Shown one piece after another: positions 7,882 to 16,217 of a stretch of DNA of 64,000 nt. The DNA comes from a virus (lineage: Duplodnaviria; Caudoviricetes), in IMG/VR virus record IMGVR_UViG_3300025251_000012, positions 1 to 64,000 of that record; one strand, written 5' to 3'. The position numbers were made by a program, and so were the translations under genes. How positions within the stretch are numbered: position 1 is the stretch's first letter; each line of letters opens with the position of its first letter. The notes beneath the pieces were generated by a model. It saw nothing but the letters and a program-made list of their open reading frames with translations, did no database searches and was not told the DNA's origin.

Positions 7882-10800
7882 GTCGATAGGCAGATTTAGC
7901 GCTTTAATGTCGGGGATTGCTGCGGCACCTAAGCCCGGATCTTTCACAGAGCTTGTAGAAAAAGCTGCTCGTGGCGAAATGCGCATGGGGCATAAGTATG
8001 AAATGCGCATTCCTATGGGCGTGGATGAAAACGGTAAGCCCAAATACAAATACATATACGCCAAACAACCACATTGGCGCGGCAAATTCATTCATGAAAT
8101 GCTTGAGGAAGGGTCTTCTGTAAGACTTCCAGAGCCGGATGGTGTTGTACACATTGTTGGTGAGGACGAGAAAGGTAATATTCGTCTTAAAAAAGAATCT
8201 ACAGGCGAAGAGATTACGGTAGATAAAGAAGAACTTTCAGGCCGTTTAAAGGCTATGCACGCAGAGAAAATTTCGCACACTCTTTCAATGCGCGAAAAAG
8301 AACTCAAAGCTGTTGTTAAATACGGCACATTAAAGCAGCGACAAATTGTGTTCGCAGAAGCCTCGTCGTTTGGTTTGGCCATACCACCGGGCTACCATTT
8401 GGATGGCACTGAAAAAGCAGAAGCCGAAGATGAGGCTGCTGATCCTAAAGAGTTGATGAATCATGCAATTACTTTACACGAAAAGGACGTACCAGAGGTA
8501 GATGTGACGCTTGTGCCGCCGCACGTTTCTACCTTTATAAATCCAGATGAAGAACGGGGTATTCGTGGGCTGTTTCAGCATCAACTTGAGGGCGTTGCGC
8601 GTATTATATCAAGTTGGCTTAAACGGGATGGTTTTCTTCTTCAGGATGACGCTGGATTGGGTAAGACCCTTACGTGTTTAGCCGCTATTCTCACCAACGC
8701 GGGTAGGCGGAATCTCATAGTTGTTCCTACACGAGGTAAGGACAATTTAAAGAACGAGGTGTGGAAACGCGACGGCCAGGTTTTGGGGTTGGACATAAAA
8801 GATGTCTCTGAGTCTTTTGATCCGGCCGATGAAAACAATGCCCGCCAGAATCACGACGGTAATTACATTTGCTCGTATGATGAATTATACGACAAGAAAG
8901 TCACGATAGACCCAGACACGGGTGAGGAAATTGAAACCTTTGAATTACGGCCAGAGTTTGCGAGCGGTAATTGGGACACTATTACATTTGATGAGTGCCA
9001 CAATATGGCTAACGCCGCTTCTCTTAGAACCCAAGCGGCGATGCTCGTGCAAGAGAATGCTAAGAAGGTTTTGTATTGCTCTGCCACCCCCTTCACAAAT
9101 ATATCTGACATGCACTACTTACGCCGTTTGTCGGGTAATAAACTGAAGAACGATCCCGGCTGGTTTAGTACTGGCGCAGAGTTTGTAAAGTGGGCAGTAA
9201 AAGCGGGTGCGCGTACTGCAAAGACGCTAACGCCCGTTGGTGACGTACCCCAAAAGATTGTTAATCCTAATACGCCTAAACCACTTGTGGTTGCCGCCGC
9301 ATTGATGCACGTCGGCGGCAGTAGTATTAAGCGCGTTCCGCAATTATCGAAGTCTTTAGATAGTCGGTTCCACCGTACTGAAACAGTCAGTTTAGCAGAC
9401 GATCATCAAACAGCGTTTAAAACCGCAGATAAAATCTTTGACATTGCGAAAGAAGCTGGCGTCGAAGCCCGTAGAATAGGAGCCTCTAAAGCCCTCTGGA
9501 ATCGCCAGATGTGGGAGATTAGCAAACTAGATGAAACCGTCGCCATGGCCGAAAAGTCGCTTAAAGAGAACCCAAATGGGCAAGTGGCAATATTTACGGC
9601 GCATGTAAAACACGACCACAATGTTCTTTATGGTTTAGAAGGTGCCATTAGAAAGCGTGTAGAGGACGGACACCTTTCCGCCGAAAAAGCCGAGGCGCAC
9701 ATTGCAGAGTTAAAACGTCATGCAGATAGCCTGCCTAAAGTTGACGTGCACCAAGAACTATTGAACCGCTTAGGTGGGCACGACAAAGTAGCCATGATTC
9801 ATGGCCGGTCTGATGAGCTAGGCGCTAAAACACACGACGTGGGTAAAGGGGCTACTTGGGAATCTGTTGCTAAGAAAAACAAAATGACAGTTGCCGAGCT
9901 TAGAAACTTAAATCGCGGCGTCGATATTAATAGTGCTAAAAGTCTAAAGGTTGCAAAAGCTCCCACATCAATAGAGGCCCAGAAAGCCTACCAAACCGGG
10001 CAGAAGCGTATAGTCATCGGCTCTATGGCCAAAGCAGGTACGGGGCTTTCGTTCCACGACGTGGTTGGTAATAGCCAACGCCACCAAATTAATATGAGCT
10101 TGCCCTATTCTGGCGTGGAATTTCAGCAAGTATTCGGCCGTAGCCACCGTCTTGGCTCTAAATCAAATACAACTATGACGTGGGTTAGGGGCGATTCTGA
10201 AACGGAAAACAGGGTATCTTCTATTGTCAGCACAAAGCTACAGTCTATGGGCGCGTTATCTACAGGGGATCCAGGTAAGTTAGTCTCTAAAGAACTACTA
10301 ATGAACTATGACCATAGTTCAAGTACCAACCCAAATCACTTTGCGGATTTGTTAGGCGCAAACCAAGACCCGGCACTAGAACGTGCTCGTGAACACGCCA
10401 AAGACACATGGGATTGGTCTACCGAGCGTATTAAAGCGGGTGGTGACCCACAAGCCGAGATGGGCCAACTAATTACTTCTGATTTAGATCGCGGTAAAGA
10501 GCAGCAAAGTCGCAGGGCGGTAGGCCAATTAATTCATTCAGGCTTCCATGTTCGAGTTACCGACGACAATAAGTTTGCTATTTCGGGTATGCCCCCAGGA
10601 TCAACTGGGCATAACTACTTCACAGGAGCCAAACGCAGCGCAAAGTATGACAACTCTTCAGGTGAGTGGACTGTTTCTAACCTTGATTCGTTTAGAGGCG
10701 TGGCTAGGCGCACAGGAGCCCATAAGAAAGAAGGTACGACTACTCCAGAAGCGATGACCAATGAGCATCTGGACGCAATACACGGCTCAGAGAAAGCGAA

Positions 10801-11599
10801 GAAGATGCGGCAGCGCTTGGCCAATAAAACAGGTACCCGCATTGGCGATACTGTGCCTGATAAAAGCGCTGACACAAGAGTTAAGCGGACGAAGAAGAGT
10901 AGGTTCGGGGATCTTGTAGAGAAAGCTGTAGGGTCCAAAAAAGAGGCCATATCCAAAAAGATTAAACTTCTTATGGAAGAAGGGTATCCTCAAAAGCAGG
11001 CTGTAGCCATCGCATTGCAAATGGACCGCGACGGCAAGTTGGCGTCGTTCACAGAGCTTGTTGATACTTATAAAGGGCGTATTTATCCACCCGGAACTAA
11101 GCGTGTGCGTAAAACAGGTGTTTGGGTTAAACAGGTAGACAACTCGTGGACGAAAGTTAAAGACGACAGTAAGACGCCTGCACCACCAGCCCCAGCCCCA
11201 GCTAGACGGGAAAAGCCCGAAGAGATTGAAGAAGTAAAAAACAAAAAACCGCGTAAAGGCGACGAGAAAAAATTTAAACTTAATAAGCCAACCGTTTTGG
11301 GCTTATCAGATTTTGCAGACTTTAAAAAACTAGCCGCCGCGTTAGCGGGTATGCTTGCTAAAAGATTGAAGTCTAAAGAGGCTTTAGTGTGTGTTTATAA
11401 TAAACACACTAAACACAAGATTGAAGAGTTGTCACTTGGTGAGAATTATGCCCTGGTATTTGTGTCTAAAATAACTCATATGTATGACGACGCCGATAAA
11501 TACCTTGTGGTTATAAAAGACAAAGAGACTGACGCAGTTTTGGCAGATAACCAAGGTGCAGACGGTAAAATTCGTGTTTTAGCGGGGGAGGGTAAGTAA
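7874..11599 (+). CDS. Large multidomain protein: Strawberry-notch-like SF2 helicase with inserted LysM domain and C-terminal small modules
   Basis: GFLLQDDAGLGKT (motif I), FDECH (II), SAT (III), AGTGLSFHD, LPYS.VEFQQVFGRSHR (VI); LysM-like HDVGKGATWESVAKKNKMTVAELRNLN; start reassigned to ATG 7874. Confidence 0.85.
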   Translation: MNKSIGRFSALMSGIAAAPKPGSFTELVEKAARGEMRMGHKYEMRIPMGVDENGKPKYKYIYAKQPHWRGKFIHEMLEEGSSVRLPEPDGVVHIVGEDEKGNIRLKKESTGEEITVDKEELSGRLKAMHAEKISHTLSMREKELKAVVKYGTLKQRQIVFAEASSFGLAIPPGYHLDGTEKAEAEDEAADPKELMNHAITLHEKDVPEVDVTLVPPHVSTFINPDEERGIRGLFQHQLEGVARIISSWLKRDGFLLQDDAGLGKTLTCLAAILTNAGRRNLIVVPTRGKDNLKNEVWKRDGQVLGLDIKDVSESFDPADENNARQNHDGNYICSYDELYDKKVTIDPDTGEEIETFELRPEFASGNWDTITFDECHNMANAASLRTQAAMLVQENAKKVLYCSATPFTNISDMHYLRRLSGNKLKNDPGWFSTGAEFVKWAVKAGARTAKTLTPVGDVPQKIVNPNTPKPLVVAAALMHVGGSSIKRVPQLSKSLDSRFHRTETVSLADDHQTAFKTADKIFDIAKEAGVEARRIGASKALWNRQMWEISKLDETVAMAEKSLKENPNGQVAIFTAHVKHDHNVLYGLEGAIRKRVEDGHLSAEKAEAHIAELKRHADSLPKVDVHQELLNRLGGHDKVAMIHGRSDELGAKTHDVGKGATWESVAKKNKMTVAELRNLNRGVDINSAKSLKVAKAPTSIEAQKAYQTGQKRIVIGSMAKAGTGLSFHDVVGNSQRHQINMSLPYSGVEFQQVFGRSHRLGSKSNTTMTWVRGDSETENRVSSIVSTKLQSMGALSTGDPGKLVSKELLMNYDHSSSTNPNHFADLLGANQDPALERAREHAKDTWDWSTERIKAGGDPQAEMGQLITSDLDRGKEQQSRRAVGQLIHSGFHVRVTDDNKFAISGMPPGSTGHNYFTGAKRSAKYDNSSGEWTVSNLDSFRGVARRTGAHKKEGTTTPEAMTNEHLDAIHGSEKAKKMRQRLANKTGTRIGDTVPDKSADTRVKRTKKSRFGDLVEKAVGSKKEAISKKIKLLMEEGYPQKQAVAIALQMDRDGKLASFTELVDTYKGRIYPPGTKRVRKTGVWVKQVDNSWTKVKDDSKTPAPPAPAPARREKPEEIEEVKNKKPRKGDEKKFKLNKPTVLGLSDFADFKKLAAALAGMLAKRLKSKEALVCVYNKHTKHKIEELSLGENYALVFVSKITHMYDDADKYLVVIKDKETDAVLADNQGADGKIRVLAGEGK

Positions 11600-11815
11600 A
11601 TGAGTCTTAAGGAAGTGCCTAAGACGCACCCACCGATTTGTTGTGATAATTGCGGGTTGCCATTAACTTCTCTCACTCGAAGTGGGCGTACTAAAGTATA
11701 TATTAAGTCTAGAGCCCTTGTTATTAGGGATGACGGCGGAATGGAAATCCCGTGTCATCATTGTAAACAATCAACTAATTTGCCTTTTTTAGCGCCTAAA
11801 GTGTTGACAAAGTAA
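11600..11815 (+). CDS. Small zinc-ribbon protein, Mu Com-like
   Basis: 71 aa with CDNC and CHHC pairs and EIPC (the Com family has EIKC). Confidence 0.6.
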   Translation: MSLKEVPKTHPPICCDNCGLPLTSLTRSGRTKVYIKSRALVIRDDGGMEIPCHHCKQSTNLPFLAPKVLTK

Positions 11816-11833
11816 ACGTCTAAACTTTAGAGT
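11804..11833 (+). promoter_or_regulatory. Sigma70-type promoter upstream of the head operon
   Basis: TTGACA (11804-11809), 18 bp spacer, TAGAGT (11828-11833). Confidence 0.55.
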
Positions 11834-11860
11834 GCTTGTAGGTCCGTGAGGCCCTTTAGG

Positions 11861-11904
11861 GGCGGTGGCGCAAGAACCTCTTGCAGCACCGCCTTTTTTT
11901 ATTT
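11861..11904 (+). terminator. Intrinsic terminator / possible attenuator before the prohead protease gene
   Basis: GGCGGTG-gc-GCAAGA-acc-TCTTGC-ag-CACCGCC followed by TTTTTTTATTT. Confidence 0.8.
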
Positions 11905-11916
11905 GGGGAGAGTCCG

Positions 11917-12681
11917 TTGACTAGCTCAGAACAAAACTCAGCATTTAGGCTCTGGTCGCCTTTTAATATTGTTGAGAAGGGCGATTCAGATACAACCCGT
12001 CGTGGTCGTATTGAAGGCATCGCTTCATCTGAAGCTATGGACGCGGATAAAGAGATCGTAGTCCAAAAAGGTTTAGACTGGACTTGGTTTCTTACCAAGG
12101 GCTTTGTTTCTTTAGAGCACCCACTTGGTGTTAATAATATCGTTGGTGAGCCGGTTGAGGTATCACCAATTACCCTCGATGGTGTTGAAGCCACTAAGCT
12201 AACTTGCGATTTGTTGCTTGATGATCCGGCAGCCAAGTCTATTTATGACAAGGCGCGGACCCTTAAGAAAGCAGATTCAAATCGTAGGCTTGGGTTTTCT
12301 ATCGAGGGCCGGGTTCTTGATCGAGATGGGGATACTATTAATAAGGCCGAAGTAGTCTCTGTGGCTATTAGCGCCGTACCTAAAAATCCCCTCACTTGGT
12401 TTGAACCTATTATGGCTTCTATGTTTTGGCGTAGCCTCGTAGGTTATCCTCAACATGGTATCCCGCATTCTGGCGAGTTTGCACCTTTGGCTACACAAAG
12501 TATGCAGGGCGTTCCGTCAATTGCTTCCTATGGGGCGGGCGAGAAGCAGTTTTCTTTGGTTGATTCTTTGACCAAAGAAGATCTTCTTACTGCCCGTCTT
12601 TTAAAGAAGTTGCCACAGATGAGTTGGTCTCAAGGGTTGGCGGCTATTGAAGAAATTCTTTCAAATAAGGAGAAAGGCTAA
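11917..12681 (+). CDS. Prohead maturation protease (HK97/S78-like fold)
   Basis: GIASSEAMDADKEIV..KGLD, VSLEH (His), GFSIEG (Ser), VAISAVPKNP; start reassigned to TTG 11917 after GGGGAG because the upstream TTG lies inside the terminator. Confidence 0.9.
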   Translation: MTSSEQNSAFRLWSPFNIVEKGDSDTTRRGRIEGIASSEAMDADKEIVVQKGLDWTWFLTKGFVSLEHPLGVNNIVGEPVEVSPITLDGVEATKLTCDLLLDDPAAKSIYDKARTLKKADSNRRLGFSIEGRVLDRDGDTINKAEVVSVAISAVPKNPLTWFEPIMASMFWRSLVGYPQHGIPHSGEFAPLATQSMQGVPSIASYGAGEKQFSLVDSLTKEDLLTARLLKKLPQMSWSQGLAAIEEILSNKEKG

Positions 12682-13472
12682 TGAGCACTGCTACTGCGAT
12701 GCTAACAAAACTTACTGAAGCTGGCCTTAGCGAGGATAAATCTCGTGCCATTATTAAGGCTGAAATCGCTTCGGGCAGTATTACTGCCGACGGTGACTTT
12801 GTTGTAGAAGAGGATGTTATTGGAAAAGCTGACGTGAAGGCTATTGAAGCCGCTGCTACAGCGATTTCCAAGGCAATGGAAGTTGGTAACAAAAAAGCCG
12901 ACACAATTGCTAAGGCAGATTCTGAAGAAAAAGAAGAGTACGACGAAGCCGAAAGTTCGGACGCTGGCGACGACGAAGAGGAAGAAGAGGCAGGCGCTGA
13001 GAAAAGTCTGAACTCTTCGGAGGACTACGACGTAGTTGCAATCCTCTCGAAAGGCGCAGATCAAATTCTTGATTCTGTGGAAACGCAGAACAAGACGCTT
13101 GCCAAAGGCTATCTGGCTATTCGGGACACGTTCTCGAACTTTGCCGACATCCTTAATAAGGCAAGTGAAAGAATCGCCACGTTGGAAGGTACTGTTGATT
13201 CATTGCATAAAGCTTTGGGCCAACCGGTTCCCCCACGGAGCGTATCTGGTGCGGTGGAAGCCGTTCCTAGTCCTGGTGAGGCGGCTATCGCCAAAGCCAA
13301 TATTGATAACTCCACATTCTCTACTCCAGAGTTGATGGCAAAGGCGAAGTCTATTATGGCTGACACCAAAGATTCAACCCGGTTGTATCAGCTTTCAATG
13401 GCAGTGGCAGAGTTGGAAAGTGGCGCGCAGCCCGAGTCAGTGGCCGTGCGTTACGGAATTGCAGTCCATTAA
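12681..13472 (+). CDS. Capsid scaffolding protein
   Basis: Between protease and capsid; acidic and helical; about ten [ILM]-x-K-[AG] motifs. Confidence 0.8.
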   Translation: MSTATAMLTKLTEAGLSEDKSRAIIKAEIASGSITADGDFVVEEDVIGKADVKAIEAAATAISKAMEVGNKKADTIAKADSEEKEEYDEAESSDAGDDEEEEEAGAEKSLNSSEDYDVVAILSKGADQILDSVETQNKTLAKGYLAIRDTFSNFADILNKASERIATLEGTVDSLHKALGQPVPPRSVSGAVEAVPSPGEAAIAKANIDNSTFSTPELMAKAKSIMADTKDSTRLYQLSMAVAELESGAQPESVAVRYGIAVH

Positions 13473-13493
13473 ATCAGGTAAGGAGAACCTTTC

Positions 13494-15038
13494 ATGAATC
13501 TCGATACGCTTACCAGTATGGCTGGACAGAGCATTGACGTTGCCCAACTTTCGGACCTCAACAAAGCTCTGCGTGCCTCTGGAAATACTCTTGCGAAAGC
13601 AAATGTCGGCACGGTACAACAAGGCCAAGCCTTTTCGTCCGTTGCTACGAGTGAACTTGCTCCGCTTGTTCCTCAATCTATTCAAAATACTCTAGACTCT
13701 GCGACATATACGGAGCAGGCGGTTAAGTTCTGGGCGGGTCTTGCTAAGACGGCTGTTTCCAGCACGCTGCATGAGTCCGTTGTCGTCAGTAACTACGGTT
13801 CCATGAATTTGGATCCGTGGATTCCTGAAGGTGGCGCAGGGGCAGAATCTAATGGTGACTATGCTCGCCAAGTGGTGCAGATTAAATTCTTGGCCGAACG
13901 TAGGGAAATTAGCGATGTGGCCACGATGGTCGGCATCGTTGGTTATCAAGGGGTTAGTCGTCAAGGTCTCGCACAGCAGACCATTGATGGAACCCGCGCC
14001 CTTATGGGTAAACTTGAGCGCTCTTTGTTCATGGCAGACTCTGATCTGACAAGCCTCGCGTTTGACGGTTTGTACAAACAAGTTTCAGGCCATGCGTTTC
14101 AGCAAACTACAACCGATGTTGCTGGTTCGGCTAATGCGCGCACGCAGTTGTCGGTTCCTGATCCGTCTAATAATAAAAACTATACGGATATGGCTGGAGC
14201 CGCTCTTACGGCCCAACGGCTTATCGAAGAAGTGTACACTATTTCTTCTGCACCGAACTTCGGTATGGTCAATACGATTCTGGTTGATCCCCGAGTGTAT
14301 TCGTCCTTGGTTGTTCAAGCAACGACTTCGTTTGCGTTGTTTGATCCTTCCCAGGCTGCTCGCGGACAACTGATCTTCGGTACCGAGGGACTTCACATCG
14401 CCGGTCCTGGTGGGATGATTCCCATCACATCTTGCCCGTTGATGATGCCGCCCCAGACGCTTCCGGGGGCAAGTGTTGGTGCTACTTCGGGCTCAGCGTT
14501 GCGCCCGGATGTTCCAGATCTTTTGGCAGCGAGTACTAATCGCGCAAAAGCTGGTGTTGAAAAGGGTTTCACTGCTAGTACGGCAGGAGCCTTCACTTAT
14601 AAAGTGGTCGGGGTTAACGCGAACGGCTTTGCTGTAAGCAGCGCTTCGGATCAAATTACTGTAGCTAGTGGCGACGTTGCTCAAATTGCAATTGACCCAG
14701 AGGCAACAACCGAGGCGGCTTATTACCGTTTGTATCGCACGCCGGATACAAAAACTGAAGATGCGGACATGCAGTATGTTTGGTCATACCCAAAATCAGC
14801 GGGCGGCGAAACTACCATCATTGATGATAATCGTCATGAGCCCGGAACGGCCCCAGTATTTTTCCTCCAGCAAACGCCGGATGTTATGTATTGGGCGCAG
14901 TTGCTTGATTTCTTGCGGCGGCCTTTGGCACAAGTCCAAACTTCTATCCCGTTTCTCTTGATGCTTTTTGGAGCACTTCATGTTAAAGTACCGACCAAAT
15001 GTTCAGTACTTGACAATGCTTCGCTAACAGCGGCGTAA
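13494..15038 (+). CDS. Major capsid protein (HK97 fold, SPO1/Twort type, with a beta-sandwich insertion)
   Basis: AGGAG RBS; LVPQSIQNTL..AT, EGG.G.ES...Y.R....IKFL, LERSLF.ADS....LAFDG, C-terminal Y.AQL....R.PLA.....IPFLLMLFGAL.V. Confidence 0.92.
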   Translation: MNLDTLTSMAGQSIDVAQLSDLNKALRASGNTLAKANVGTVQQGQAFSSVATSELAPLVPQSIQNTLDSATYTEQAVKFWAGLAKTAVSSTLHESVVVSNYGSMNLDPWIPEGGAGAESNGDYARQVVQIKFLAERREISDVATMVGIVGYQGVSRQGLAQQTIDGTRALMGKLERSLFMADSDLTSLAFDGLYKQVSGHAFQQTTTDVAGSANARTQLSVPDPSNNKNYTDMAGAALTAQRLIEEVYTISSAPNFGMVNTILVDPRVYSSLVVQATTSFALFDPSQAARGQLIFGTEGLHIAGPGGMIPITSCPLMMPPQTLPGASVGATSGSALRPDVPDLLAASTNRAKAGVEKGFTASTAGAFTYKVVGVNANGFAVSSASDQITVASGDVAQIAIDPEATTEAAYYRLYRTPDTKTEDADMQYVWSYPKSAGGETTIIDDNRHEPGTAPVFFLQQTPDVMYWAQLLDFLRRPLAQVQTSIPFLLMLFGALHVKVPTKCSVLDNASLTAA

Positions 15039-15058
15039 CCGAGGAAGAGGTGTAAATT

Positions 15059-15343
15059 ATGGCTGGCCAATGGCACCATAAGACTTTGCGAAATGTTCGA
15101 CTTAGCGTTAACGGATGCCACGTTGATATTGATGCCCATGGGAACCTTAATGGCGAGCTTAATGCTGCCGCCGTTAAAACCCTTGGATCTTTACCGGCGT
15201 TTACTTGTACCTCCGCAGAAAAACCTGCCGTGAAAGCAAGTGAGCCCGCTGAAGCAGCAAGTAAGCCTGCTGAAGCAGCACCCGCTAAGAAACCGGCTAA
15301 GGCGAGCGCTTCAAAAAAGAAGTCTTCACCTAAAAAGAAGTAG
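15059..15343 (+). CDS. Small protein with a Lys/Ala/Pro-rich, H1-like C-terminal tail
   Basis: GAGGAAGAGG RBS; C-terminus KPAVKASEPAEAASKPAEAAPAKKPAKASASKKKSSPKKK. Confidence 0.75.
   Translation: MAGQWHHKTLRNVRLSVNGCHVDIDAHGNLNGELNAAAVKTLGSLPAFTCTSAEKPAVKASEPAEAASKPAEAAPAKKPAKASASKKKSSPKKK
15236..15277 (+). repeat. Two-copy 21-bp tandem repeat within the 15059 gene
   Basis: GCAAGTGAGCCCGCTGAAGCA / GCAAGTAAGCCTGCTGAAGCA. Confidence 0.8.
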
Positions 15344-15348
15344 GTTCC

Positions 15349-15388
15349 AGTGTGGGGGGTCACAACGAGACCCCCCACACTTTATTTT
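15349..15388 (+). terminator. Intrinsic terminator after the capsid genes
   Basis: 12-bp stem AGTGTGGGGGGT / ACCCCCCACACT, 9-nt loop, then T-rich TTATTTT. Confidence 0.85.
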
Positions 15389-15455
15389 AGCCGCTGTGTC
15401 TGCTTAGTTTTCTTGGCAGGGCTAGGCGTGGGCACGGTATTTGGAGAGTCCACGC

Positions 15456-16217
15456 ATGGCGTTGCTTAAGAACATAGTTACAGGCCAGTGGCTAAAAGAC
15501 CGTTATTTGTTTGGTATTGACCTTACAGATGACGCGGGTATTGAATACCCAGACGCTTTATATGACCACTCAATTGCTGCTTCTATAGCAATTATTGAAG
15601 GCGAACTAGACTTAGTTCTTAATGGTCTAAACGAATATACAGAGCGCTACGATACGCATGACGCGCACCACGAAGCCTTTTTTCTAATTCATACTGACAA
15701 ACGCCCTCTGCGTGAGATTACAAAAGTAGAGGTTCAGTTTGGGTCATTTGACCCTACGACACTTCCGAAGTCTTGGATGCAGATAGCCTCTGAAAAAACT
15801 GGGCAGATGCAGATTATACCAGGACCGGAAGGTATTGGGTCCGTGCTGTTTGGTGGGCAAGCCCCGTTTCTTGGTTTATCAGGCCTCTTAGGGCGGCCCT
15901 ACACACCACTTTGGTTTAAGTTTAGTTATAAAGCTGGCTATGACGGCGAGAATTATGCAGTTCCTGACGACATTTTGGAACTTATAGGGCTGTTGTCTGC
16001 GCAATTGCCCTTAGATACGGCGGGCGATCTCATCGTTGGAGCCGGTATCGCCTCAAAAAGCATCTCCATGGATGGGCTCGCCACTTCGATTAATACGACT
16101 GCATCGAGTACAAATGCGGGTTTTGGCGCACGTATGCTGTCGATGCGCAGACGTTATGACAAGCTACTAAAAGAAGTTAAGCGCAAGTACAGAATTCCTA
16201 ATTTGATGGTGTTTTAG
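15456..16217 (+). CDS. Head-tail adaptor / neck protein
   Basis: Position after capsid; YLFGIDL, Y.AG, LDTAGD...GAGIAS.S.S.DG.S.S...T.S..N.GFGAR motif typical of this myovirus class; start reassigned to ATG 15456. Confidence 0.75.
   Translation: MALLKNIVTGQWLKDRYLFGIDLTDDAGIEYPDALYDHSIAASIAIIEGELDLVLNGLNEYTERYDTHDAHHEAFFLIHTDKRPLREITKVEVQFGSFDPTTLPKSWMQIASEKTGQMQIIPGPEGIGSVLFGGQAPFLGLSGLLGRPYTPLWFKFSYKAGYDGENYAVPDDILELIGLLSAQLPLDTAGDLIVGAGIASKSISMDGLATSINTTASSTNAGFGARMLSMRRRYDKLLKEVKRKYRIPNLMVF

Noticed and set aside
7438-8091. Antisense or alternate-frame ORFs (e.g. 7438-8091, 19330-19830, 48147-49132, 56863-57807)
   Set aside because: They shadow well-supported genes on the other strand or frame and show no motifs or RBS
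118-11599. Inteins or introns in the terminase or helicase
   Set aside because: No C/S...HN splice motifs or LAGLIDADG/HNH inserts; the helicase insertion is LysM-like and reading frames are continuous
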